DNA of 64,000 bases from contig CM022675.1 of NCBI GenBank assembly GCA_012295275.1, positions 10,416,001 to 10,480,000 on the forward strand, in the 5' to 3' direction. The notes below the pieces were generated by a model, which was given only the letters and a program-made list of their open reading frames with translations, was not told where the DNA came from and ran no database searches. Source of the stretch: Chrysomallon squamiferum. Lineage: Eukaryota; Animalia; Mollusca. Positions 13,901 to 25,571 of this stretch are shown in pieces. Position 1 is the stretch's first letter. Each line of letters begins with the position of its first letter. The translations under genes were made by a program, and so were the position numbers.

Positions 13901-16900
13901 AACAAATGAATCGAAGCATACAAAAACAGGTTCTAATGGAACCAACCATGCAGAAAATTCAGAAGTCTGTGATGCCAAAAAATTAAAATCCAATCCCAAA
14001 GATCTGGAAACGGAATCTCTGAAAGAAATTTCCACTTCAAAATCAGAAACAAAAGAAACAAAACAATCTTTGTCGGCTTCAAAAGATGAATCCGACAAGG
14101 CACGTACTGAAAATGGGATCTCAGGTATTGAAAACAATGTTGCTGTTGATGATGTTGTTGCCACTTCTTCAGCGGAGAATTCTGACAATGTGCAGACGAA
14201 TGTTGAGGACCCCATGGCTGATGCCAAGGCATTGTTGAAACCAAACAGTCAGAAAGAAAATGTGACAACCACAAGAAATACTCCAGCTGGAAACAAGCCA
14301 CAGCATAATAAAATTAAGGTAAATAATATCATACATATATATTTATATGTGTGTACCTTAATTTCTGTATCTCTATCTCTACATCTATATCTATATCTAT
14401 ATCTATATCTATATCCACATGCACACGCACTCACACACACATACACATTCTCACTTACATGCATACATACACACACATATATATATATACATGTGTATAT
14501 ATATACACACACACACAAATATATAAAATACATGTGTAATAATAATTAAAATAATAAAAACAATGCTAATAATAATAACAGCAGAAGTAAATGACAGTCA
14601 TAATATTGATGAAAAAAGCAGAGAAAAGAATTTTAACAACAGGAATACTTTTTTTGATTTTACAGATAATAATAATAAATACCAAAAATTAAAATATAAA
14701 AAAATAAAAAAAGATAATACTGTGGAAATGTCTTACATCAGACATAAATATTGATTTACAGATACTGATGATAATATTGATTTTTAAAATAATAATCCGT
14801 GTATGTTTCAGGAACTGCAGCAGATGACACCAAAATCTTTGAGGTCATCAGAACCAGGTGTGGACACCCCAGGGAAATTTCTTGCCCCAGGAGTTCAGTT
14901 CCGCCCTAAATTTAATTTTACAGTGAGTGAGATAAACCAGTATTGTGTTAGCTTGTAACAGCTGGATTTTATTTTACAAAAATTATATAAAGTGTGTATG
15001 CATTTATGTCTTTTAATTATTCAGTTGCACATAAAATATTGTTAATATTTAAGCAAATTAAGACTTTTATTTTTTTAAATGTAAAAAAGTGAATAAATTT
15101 TATATAAAGAATGTACTTGTTTGTATCTTATACTTACATAAATTCTTAAAAATATTATAAAAAATATTATAAAAAATATATTAAGTAATGTAAGTATCTT
15201 AATAAATTTGTGTTAATTTGTGGATCCTTATTTTTATAATGGTATGATATTAGGACTGTTTGAAAACTGCATTCTGCATTGTGCAAGCTAGAGTGACACT
15301 AAACAACATTCCAGAGTATTTAATGACTAATTAAAAGATTTTATTTTGTTTATTTATTTTTTTGTTATATATTTATTATTTTGCTTTCAGGCAGCTTATG
15401 CAATGCTGGAGACCCCTCCTGGTGAAAAGAAAACAAACAGACGAGACAGTGTAGTAAGTGGAATATGTTTATATATATATATATATGTATAAACATGTAG
15501 TTTCTGTGTTCTATGAGATCTGATGTTCTAAGGGAACATGCATGTATTTATTTACTGCTCTTTGGGATCTCAGTTGCATTTTGTAAAAAGAAAAATAATT
15601 GCATAAGCAGTCTTAAAAATTGTTATTTATTATTAATAAGAATGTTTATTTGGTACATTTATAATGATGAACTTTTTCACAGTCGCTGAAAGATTTGTTT
15701 CGAGATTCTATGAAGGTGATGGTTAAAAACAGCGCAGTCCCAGTGAAAGATAAGAGAACTTCAGATGTGAATTTCAGAAGCAATTCCGAGGTAACTGATT
15801 ACTGTCACATTATTTGTTACATAATTTCTTTGATGCTTCTTCCTTATCTTAAAATACAAATGCTTAATCTCTGAAATTACTTTAGTCATAATACGTTAAG
15901 GTATAACATGATCCCATCAACACTGAAAAAACAAACAAACAGAAAACCACAAATGAATATATTTCATCTATATGTAGATCATATCACCCTGAACTGTCAT
16001 CTAAACAGATTTAAACTGAGTTAAACTGCAGACACTGCCCTAGTGTAGCTGATACCATTGAATTTTCTCTTCTGCTGTCCCACCCTAACAGGAAACAGAA
16101 AAAAACTGTTACCTACTCAAGAACAGTCTCTATGACACCACTCAACAACTTCAGCAGAAAAAGTCTTGGCAATCTAGCAAAGTGGGCAACATCATACTGA
16201 TGGGGTTGATGAAGAAAGAAAGAAACAAAGAAAGAAATTATAATTGAATTTCTGAATTTCACAACAATATTTTCACTGGTCCTGTATGACGTCTTTTTAT
16301 ATATAGTTTACCACTGTTAAACAATTTTTGCTGTTAGACTGTGTTACTGATTTCTGCAACGATGAGGTAAAAATGTTTTATGTTTTGTTGCAGGTTGATG
16401 AAGATGGTCCTCTCGAAGGTGTTGTCATAGCTGTCAGTCAGAAACTTAGTCAGCAGCAGGCAGAGTACAACGACATCGTCACTGAACTTGGTGGGAGCTA
16501 CTCGTGGAACTACACACTGTCTTGTACACACTATATATTCCAGGTATGTTACATAGTGCAGTGTACATACGTAGTTATTTGTGACATGATGAGTGAATTA
16601 TGGGTTATAAAATAGAAGAATTTATTTTAAAACATTATTATATGTGAGAGTGAGAGTGAATTAGTGAGTGATAGACAAAGCCTGAATATATATGTGATAA
16701 AAAAATAAAAAAATACGAGGGTGGTAAGGAGGGGGAGTGGGTAACAGAAAGAAGGATGGATGGACTCAGACATACAGACATACACACACACATACAGAGA
16801 GGGAGAAAACAGAAAAGTAGATTATAGAAATTACTATATATTTTTTTTTCCTTTTTTTTTAAAGTTTAACTTAATTAGACATTGCGATCACTGTTAGTTT

Positions 16901-17715
16901 TCTAATGAAATTGAAGTAAAATGTTACATTTCAGGGCAGAGCGAATGACAAAAACAAAGATTTCCGCAATGCTAGAGACAGAGGGAAAATAATTGTGTCA
17001 CCATATTGGCTTTATGCAGTGAGTAATATTTCCACATGTATTTTAATCTGATAAAATAAAAATAAATAGGATAAACACAAATATAGACCTAATGTATAAT
17101 GAAATACCACTTTGTTGAACTCATTATATCACTGAATTAGAATAAGTCCAAGTCGAATAGAAGTAAAGTAAAGAAAAAAAACAATGGTCACTGTTTTATG
17201 CAGAAATATAACAGAAAATAAAAAATAATTTTCTAATGTTTATTGTTAGAATAATCATGTAATAAAATAATTTTAGAAAAATAGGAATTTTAGGTGTTAT
17301 AATTACAGGTATTTGTCTAATATTGAATGTTTTGATTATATTATTATCACCATGATAACAACTCAGTGTTTTCATCATCATCACCATCATCATTATTATT
17401 ATTAGTAGTAGTAGTAATAGTATTTACATTATGATCATGTTGCAAGTTGTTGTTTTTGTTGTTGTTATTATTGTTGTTGTTATTAATATTATTGTATTTC
17501 AGTGCAAGGAACAAAAGATTCGAGTAGATGAAGCTTTGTTTCCACACAACTACAATCCAAATCTTAGTCTGGTGTGTAATGTTATCTCATCTTTATACAC
17601 TTTTAAAACATCCATGTGTTAAGAGGATTCTAGTAATAATTAGTTCAGACGCTTAGTGCATTTTCTTTCTTTTCTTTTTCAAAACAGAACTGAAGTGAAA
17701 ATTGTTTTTAAAGTC

Positions 17716-17753
<38 letters not shown>

Positions 17754-20700
17754 ATATCTTAATTTTTTTTTTTTTTTTTTGTTAGTGTAAAAGAAATAAC
17801 CAGAGTTGTAAGATGATGACATACATGACTGGCTTATAGCTCTAGGTTCTCTGACAATAATGGAAGAAAAACAGAAGCAAATTTGTCTGCTCAGAACATG
17901 TTGATGTTACTCTTTTGTTGTTGTACTTTTATTATTTCGACTGAACAGCAAAATGTAACTGAGAAGTATGCAGAATAAAAGTAGATTATTTACATGATGT
18001 CATCAGAGCCACACATTCAAACTTTTTCAGGTGGTTTCAACAAGAAGTACACCAGCTAGGTCATTAAGGAGATCAGCTAAAAACTCAACAAATACTGAAC
18101 ATGAAGCTCAAGCACAGATAGAACACAAGGCTACGGAAGACAAGACAGCAAAAGAAGTGAAGAAACTGGAGTTTGAGGAAGAGAAGACGAACGTGACACC
18201 TCCTGAAAAAGCGAGTAAATCTCCTTCACCGTCGTCTGTTAACAGAAAAAGGACAGGAAGTCGTGGGAACTCTTCGTCTGAGGAAAACCATCAAAATAGC
18301 GACAATGAAAAAGTGCAGGTGAGTGTTATTTCTCTTGAATCTGTAATTTAAATTCTTGAAAGCTTAAAGCTGAGACATTTCTTCTTTTTTTTTAAATTTA
18401 AAATAATTTTTTTTTCTATTAAGGTTTTTAATGTGAAAAAAAGAAAAGAAATTAATTGTTTTGTATTTTAGTTTTTAATATTAGTAAGTAACAACAGATA
18501 CGTTGTCAAAATTACATACATAGTTACTTAATTATTTAAAATACACAGACACATGCACATATAGCCTCATTTTTCTTATACCCTTGAACATTTGTATCAT
18601 ATATTAAAATCTGAAAGACAGTAAGTAAGGCTTACAGATAAAATTGAGTAATTAACACACACACTGTTTTATACAGGAATGTGCAGCTCCTGATTTGGGT
18701 AGCACGTTAGAAATTCGCGAAGTCTTGTACAAACACATGGAAACCATGATGTCAAGCTCGTAAGTACATTTTGGTTTGTATCCTTTACATTTGGTTAATT
18801 TTGGTACAGACACATGTCCTGTTTGAAAGTGTAATTTTATTACTAGTAGCACTAGTAGTATCTTAAAGTTTTGTATGTGTTTCTCTGTGAGTTTGTTTTA
18901 GTTTTAGTTTTTTAATGAAGGTTTGGGGTGAGTGGGTGAATTATTCTCTGGTTTGACATTACATGTATTTTTTTTTCTTTTTAAAGTGAATATGTCTAGA
19001 TGAAATGAATTAAACACATAAAATTATTGTAATTGTTATTTTTAAAAGCTAATGCAGCACATTATACATGATTTTTAAACAGTAATATTTTTTCTTTCAG
19101 AGGTAAAAAAGGAACAAAAAGAAGAATAAAACGACTTGATTGTAAGAAAACATAATTTGTTTTGTTTTTCACATCTGCCAAAAAAAAAAAAAAAAAAAAA
19201 AAAAAATAATAAACAGCAAAAGACATACTTATTAATTATTAAACAGATTCAGACCATTTATCTAGGGGTACTTATTTATATATTTAGTTTAATTTTAATT
19301 TAATGTTTTGTTTTATTTTATTTTATTTTATTCACTAACATCCTTATTTATTTATTTATTTTATATTTTATTTTTATTCTTATTCTTATTCTTATTCTTA
19401 TTCTTATTCTTATTCTTATTCTTATTTTTATTTTTATTTTTATTTTTATTTTTATTTTTATTTTTATTTTTATTTTTATTTTTATTTTTATTTTTATTTT
19501 TATCTTTATCTTTTGTCAATAGCCAGTGGTCAGCTGAACACTTCTGGCAACACATCGGACAGCAGCAGAAGTCGAAGTAGATGGAACTTGAAAGGTATCA
19601 ATACAACAAAAGAATATTTACACATAAACACTCTATTTTTAAAATCATAATTTATGCATAATTACATCATTTTCATCCAAAAGATATCTATATTATAAAT
19701 ATTCTACCTACATTTTATTAAATTAATCAGTCAATTCTTAAGTTTTCTACATAAACCCTGACCTGTTTTTTTTTTTTTTTTTTTTTTTTCCTCCTTTATC
19801 TCTTACTGATGACAAAAAAGAAGCAGCAAACAAAAGAAGCAGAAGAAGTGGAAGTAAGCCATTAAATTTTTTTTTTTTTTTTAAATATAATTTGTCCTAA
19901 ATAATAATCCTAAACAATACATTCCAGATTGTTTTGAGGTGAAAATATTTAGTAAAAACATAATATATTGACCTGGAAATGTTTTGGAATTTAATATCTT
20001 TGCAAGTGTGAAAACCATAAAATTTAAAAGATACAGTATATTATATTTTTTCTTCAGAAAATGAATCTAGAAAATATGTTCAGCAAAACTAAAGGTAAAA
20101 TAAATAACGTTTCAGGTAAAAGTTCAGAAAACATGTCTACCTCCGAGTCTTCCCAGAATGTTCAAGTCACCTGGGACGATCCTACTGGCAGGTAAATTTT
20201 TTTTTTTTTTACCTTTGAAAATAAAAATAACAGTTCACCTAATGAGTGACATTTTGAATTAAAACCTACGATTGTTTGAGTCGAAATAAACAGAACGATT
20301 GAATGATTATTCATTATGAAACATATTCAGCTCCTGATATAAATTTAATTAAGACAGTAATATGTTGATGAATCTGAAAATTGATGGTGTTAGTTAAATC
20401 AAGTTAAAATGTTGAAAGTGTTGATGAAAAGAGAAGTTAAATTGTGGGTGTTGAAAATTACAGTTAAATCTTGACGAAAATAAGTTAAAATGTTGATGAA
20501 AATAACAATTAAAACACTGATTAAAACAGTTGAAACATTGGTGGTATCAAAAATAAGTTAAAATAATGAGTACCTTGATGAAATTGTACTTCAGATATTG
20601 ATATTATTGATGAAACTAACAGTTAAAATGTTGAGAGTGTTGATGCTGTGTTTCAGGCTGGAACAGGAAAAACTGGCTGAGAAACTAGAACATGCCTGCA

Positions 20701-23700
20701 GCCCGAGTCAGAACACTGATGACTTCATGGTTGCTATGGAGTTGCCCAATGGTGACGATGTCAGTGATGTAGAGGCAGAGGGAACTAAAAAGTCACGGAA
20801 GGCAAGCATTTTTATTATGTCTTTCTGTTTTCTGTTTTTTACTTTCTTTTTCCAGTAAAAAGGCAAATTAAAATGAAAATATTCTTTTTCTTTTATATGT
20901 CTTTCTTTATTACTTAATTAATCCAATAATCAAAACAAGCAAAAATTCTTTTTTTGTATTTTCATTTTTTCTTTTTCTATATTTTTTTTCTTTTTTTATT
21001 TTTCATTTTCTTTCTTTGCTATTTTTGGCAAGTTTGTTAAAGAAAAAATATTACAGTGATTAATTAATTTAAATATTTTGTTTTCCAGAACAAATTAACC
21101 ACTTCAGAGAAAGAAGGACAAAATCAGGAACCAAGAACTCCAACACCTGAAGCACCACCTTTAGGTAAAAAAAAAAAAAAAAAATCATTATAGATTTATA
21201 CAAATGTACTCTTCTGTTGATATGTAATTTTATTTTTTCCCTTTAATAAATTATTTCAGTATTAATATAAAGGTTTAGTGTTAGTACAAAATATCTCTTC
21301 AGGATTGTCATTATTATTGTTCAATTTTATTATTGGGAAAAACTGGTAACTTAAACTAACTAAAACCATTGATTGTGTCTGATTTCAGCTTTCCCTGCTC
21401 CCAAACAGACCACACAGGTTATGTCACCTCAACCCGTAGAACTGCTTGATGATGACACAAGAGAACAACATCATCAACAGCAGCAGCAGCTGGTCTTTCT
21501 GGTTTCAGGAATGCAGCAGGCGGTAATACATCCTACTCATTTTAGTCTTGTATTTCACTGTGTGAGATAAATTACAGTTAGTTGTAGATTACATAGATAT
21601 GATAATTTGCTGGATCACTGCTTGGTGAATGACTTAAAAACTGTTACTACATTTTATATAGAATTTTATTTTATTTTGTCAATGGTGAATACTATACAAA
21701 ATTCCTTGACATTATCGGATGGTGGGTCAGAGATCTCTGTAGATAACCTTTCCTTTCTTAATTGTGTTGTGAATAATAATTATGAATAAACAGAAACAAA
21801 TCCACAAAGAAAAAGAAAATAATACATACATTGATTTTCTCTGGAGAGAGATTAAACAAATTATTAAATATTGCAATACGGAGCTGGTGATATTAGAATC
21901 TTACTTGCATGATTTTATGCCAAAGAATATTTTTAAATAGAAGTAGTTTCATATAACTGCTGTTTAACTAACAGTTTTCTTTTGACTCTATTGGAATACC
22001 CTTTACATTCTTACATGAATGTTACTATATGTAAGAATATCACACAGAACTAACACATCTGACTGTTTGTGTACTGTCAGTGTATTATTTAGGTTTTCCT
22101 TTGTTTATATATGACTGAAATGTGTGTGACTTACTAAATCTAGTAACATGTGAATCATACCAGCATGATTTCACTTAATACAAAACACTTATTCTGATGA
22201 CTAATAATACCATAATAAAACCATTGACATGAATTTTTGGCACAAACGGATCATCATACATATCAGTGGTTATATTAAACACTGTTAACACTTGTTTTCT
22301 CTGTTTAACTAATGGTAAAGTATTTTATTTAGGAGAGAGTGGACTATGGAGCTTTGATAGAACAGCTGGGAGGTAGACTGTTGGAAACACAAAACTACGA
22401 TGAGTCCTGTACACACCTTGTTGTTGGTGAGTTCGTGATTACTCATAGTTACTCTGATTTAGATCATTTGTTTTAAGTTTTATATCTCTTATGACAGTAA
22501 AAGTTATTATTTTATACACAAGTACTTGTGTATAAACAGAAAGCAGTCTTAAAAACTGTAAAAGTGTTAAATGGTCACATTGCTTACTGTAACTCACAAG
22601 TTGAAATGTGTTTAACGAGTTTTGTTTTGACTGTTTAAAGAACAACCAGCAAGAAACGAGAAGGTTTTAGCAGCCATTGCTTCAGGGAAGTGGGTTCTAC
22701 ACAAGTCTTACTTCGAAGCTTGTCGACAGGAAAACAAATTTGTAAAGGTATACATGTATACAGTGTTTATTAAGATGTTGTTCTCCTGTATGCAGAAATA
22801 ATCAAGTTGATGTAATCAAAGTTAATTTGAAAATGTAATTGTATGTAGGGAGGGAATTAAATTAAATTAAAAATTAAAAACAAAATTTAACAAGATAAAA
22901 AAGCTTTTTAGTATTACCTACTAATCTGTGTTTTAATAATACACTCAAAAATAATTGTATTTTTTTAGTGATTCTGTACAGAAATACTTGATGAATTTTT
23001 TGTGTTAAACATAAATGATTTATCTTACTTTTTAACTGCCCCAGTTTTTATTTTGAACTGTAGAATTGTTTCTATATGAGATCTGATTCTGAAAAGTGGA
23101 CATAATGTGTTCCTACATATACCCCTTGGTGTGTTATTTTTATTATCTAACAAATAAAAAAAATCTTTAAGAAATCTGTTAACAGTCAGAAATATTTTAT
23201 CATTGTGGATGGAGAATTGTTAGTATGAAAATTAGAATATAAATCTCAGTAATGAGACATTTTATTTTATGAACTGGTTAAGACGGTCAATCATTTTATC
23301 GTGACAGGAGGAGAATCATGAGTGGGGGAGTGAGGCTACCAGTCGACTCTTACTCAGCATGACTCACCAGATGAGTAAACTCGCAGCTGCTGCTCACAGA
23401 TGGAGACAGAAGGTCAAAGAACTGAGAAAGGTCATTAGAATTTAAACTTTTGGAAAGCTACCAGACATTTAGAAAAATCGTGAGACACTGAATACAGATC
23501 TTTAGAGAGGTCAATAAATGTTAGTTACAAAACAAGTTTACTGGAGAAAGAATTTTAACTAGATAAACATTGTTTTACAAAGGTTTATTTTTTTTTTTTT
23601 GCATTTCCTTTCCCTTATTTTTATTTTTATATTTTTAAAATTGAAAATTTTATATTTTAGAAAATACAAAACATTAAATAAAAGGTGTTTTTTTTTTTTT

Positions 23701-24993
23701 TTATGTTAGGTCAACCCTGACTGCAAAGGTGCATTTGATGGGTGGCGTGTTTTACTCTGCTCTGACAAAAAGCGGGAAAATAATTTCCGACGTCTGCTAG
23801 AGGCTGGAGGTGCAGAAGTCCTGTCATTAAAGTGAGTGTAGGACATCAAAAAAAACAAAATTAAATAATTAAAAAATATAGATAAATATATATAAATTAA
23901 ATAAAAATAAAAGTGTAGAAAGAAACTGATAGTATAGTGATTTGTGATTTTGGTTTTTTGTGTTAATATCTGAGTAACATTACTGAGAAAATTTGGTGGA
24001 TTCTTATTTGCTTTTAATAAAACATAATTTTCAGTAATTAATATATATATATATACATATATGTATTCTTTTCTTTCAGGTCATTATTGTTTTCATTTTT
24101 TAAATTTTTTTTCTATTGTTTTTCTTTTATTATTGTTGTTGTTAGTTGTTATTTTGTTTTATTTCAGACCGCCATTTTCTTCTGACATATCTGCAACACA
24201 TGCATTTCTTGAACTGCACAAGGTGAAAATGTCTCAGGTTAGTTTTATCATTCATCAGGTAAAAAAAAAAATCTTCTTAAAAATGGTGTTGTTGTGAATA
24301 AAGAGTTTAAATATAGTTTTTATTTTCAATTGTCATATTTATATTTGTTGTTAAAATGATAGTGATATAATCAAACTACAGTTGTACTTGTCCCCTTTAC
24401 TGAAAACCAGTTCTTTACTACTAATAATGTATGGTGGTTTTGTAGTAGGTCCATAAAAATATTAAGATCTATTTAAAAAAAAAAAAGTCTAAATATATAT
24501 TGAATATTGCAAAAAACTTAATTCTATTAAAGGAGTTCAGTGTTTGCAAATAATAAAGTATAACTGATAAAACAAGTCTTTGAATAAGGATTAAGGTTAC
24601 AGAATTTTTCTTTCATTATTGTATACTAGTTCTGATGTGTCTTGAAGTAAAATACATTTTATTTTATTACATTACTTTTATTTTCATTTTATCAGTTTTA
24701 CATTATGTTACGTTGTGTTCCTTTATGTCATGTCACTTTACGTTACTTCATATTGGCTTATGTTACATTACATTACCTTACTTTACTTTTATTTTACATC
24801 AGGAAGATCTAGAAAAACTAGTTGCAGCTGGAGTGAACTGCATTGTTCCTGACTTCATAGCAGCCTATCTGACCGATGACCCTCTTCCTATACCACACGA
24901 TTTCTGTCCTTCACAAGTATCTGCTATCAAAAACAGGTACACATGTTTTTATATCTATTACCTGAAATTTGAAGAGCTGAGTAATTTAGTGTA

Positions 24994-25069
<76 letters not shown>

Positions 25070-25571
25070 TGAGTGAGTGAGTGAGTGAGTGAGTGAGTTG
25101 GAGGGAGGGAGAGTATTTGTATATGAGCTTTTGTCTGTATGAGAGAAAGGGAAAGAAAGATGCATGTGTTTGAGACAGTGAAATAGAGAGAGTGTATGTA
25201 TGTATGTGTGTGAGTGAATATGAGTATGAGAGAGTCAATGAATATATATATATACATATACACACACTTAAAACTTTTATATCTTACTGCTGTTAATAAA
25301 GTAATCTTTTATTTTGTTGTTCAATCATTATCAAGGATTCTTTCTTTTTGAAATATATACTTTAGACAAGAGACATGAAATCTTTTCGTTAAATTTTAAT
25401 CATATTGTTAAATACTTCTCTCATTTATTTATTTTAGTTTTTAAAATTTTTAATTTTAATTGTATTTTTGTTTTTTTCAGTCTTAGAGACAAACTGACAA
25501 ACAAACGAAGACATGTGACATCAACATCGTCATCACCTGACACAAGTATCAAAAGATCTCACCGTCATTAA
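1955..25571 (+). CDS. TOPBP1: DNA topoisomerase II-binding protein 1 (multi-BRCT scaffold with ATR-activation domain), 43 coding exons, ~1649 aa
   Basis: Phase-consistent exons: 1955-2038, 2507-2649, 2937-2982, 3526-3612, 4055-4162, 4785-4858, 6018-6145, 6562-6627, 7167-7346, 7879-8054, 8570-8643, 9212-9301, 9727-9858, 10207-10310, 10690-10755, 11007-11171, 11595-11704, 12309-12430, 12991-13050, 13430-13558, 13787-14318, 14812-14922, 15391-15453, 15683-15790, 16394-16543, 16935-17018, 17503-17571, 18031-18318, 18677-18759, 19101-19141, 19523-19594, 19821-19853, 20116-20191, 20657-20801, 21089-21164, 21389-21522, 22333-22426, 22641-22747, 23308-23430, 23710-23831, 24168-24237, 24803-24936, 25481-25571 (4950 nt). 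Peptides match TOPBP1: [74 protein letters not shown] (ATR-activation Trp), [28 protein letters not shown]...[10 protein letters not shown]. Small linker exons are less certain than BRCT exons. Confidence 0.95.
7378..7466. repeat. 21-bp minisatellite (TTACACCTTATTCATTTTACC) x~4
   Basis: Directly visible tandem units just after TOPBP1 exon 9. Confidence 0.9.
19364..19512. repeat. Compound hexamer microsatellite (TTATTC)n/(TTTTTA)n
   Basis: Directly visible; abuts the acceptor at 19522. Confidence 0.9.
20350..20645. repeat. Degenerate tandem repeat built on GTTAAAATGTTGATGAAAA-like units
   Basis: Recurrent gttaaa(a)tgttga/gatgaaaa words through the TOPBP1 intron. Confidence 0.55.
24997..25097. 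repeat. (GA)n followed by (GAGT)n microsatellite
   Basis: Directly visible. Confidence 0.95.

Noticed and set aside
13835-14301. Antisense ORFs over the large TOPBP1 linker exon
   Set aside because: Shadows of the sense exon.
17806-17858. C/D-box-like ATGATGA...CTGA with a short terminal stem in a TOPBP1 intron
   Set aside because: Only ~50 nt, with no recognisable rRNA or snRNA guide.
19308-19580. ORFs such as poly-FL, poly-KN, poly-ER, poly-SL, poly-HT and poly-I throughout the window
   Set aside because: Translations of microsatellites.
20058-20115. Upstream acceptor (20057) giving an open extension of the ATR-activation exon
   Set aside because: It needs a phase-0 donor, but the preceding exons end in phase 1, where it hits TAA. 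The acceptor at 20115 fits.
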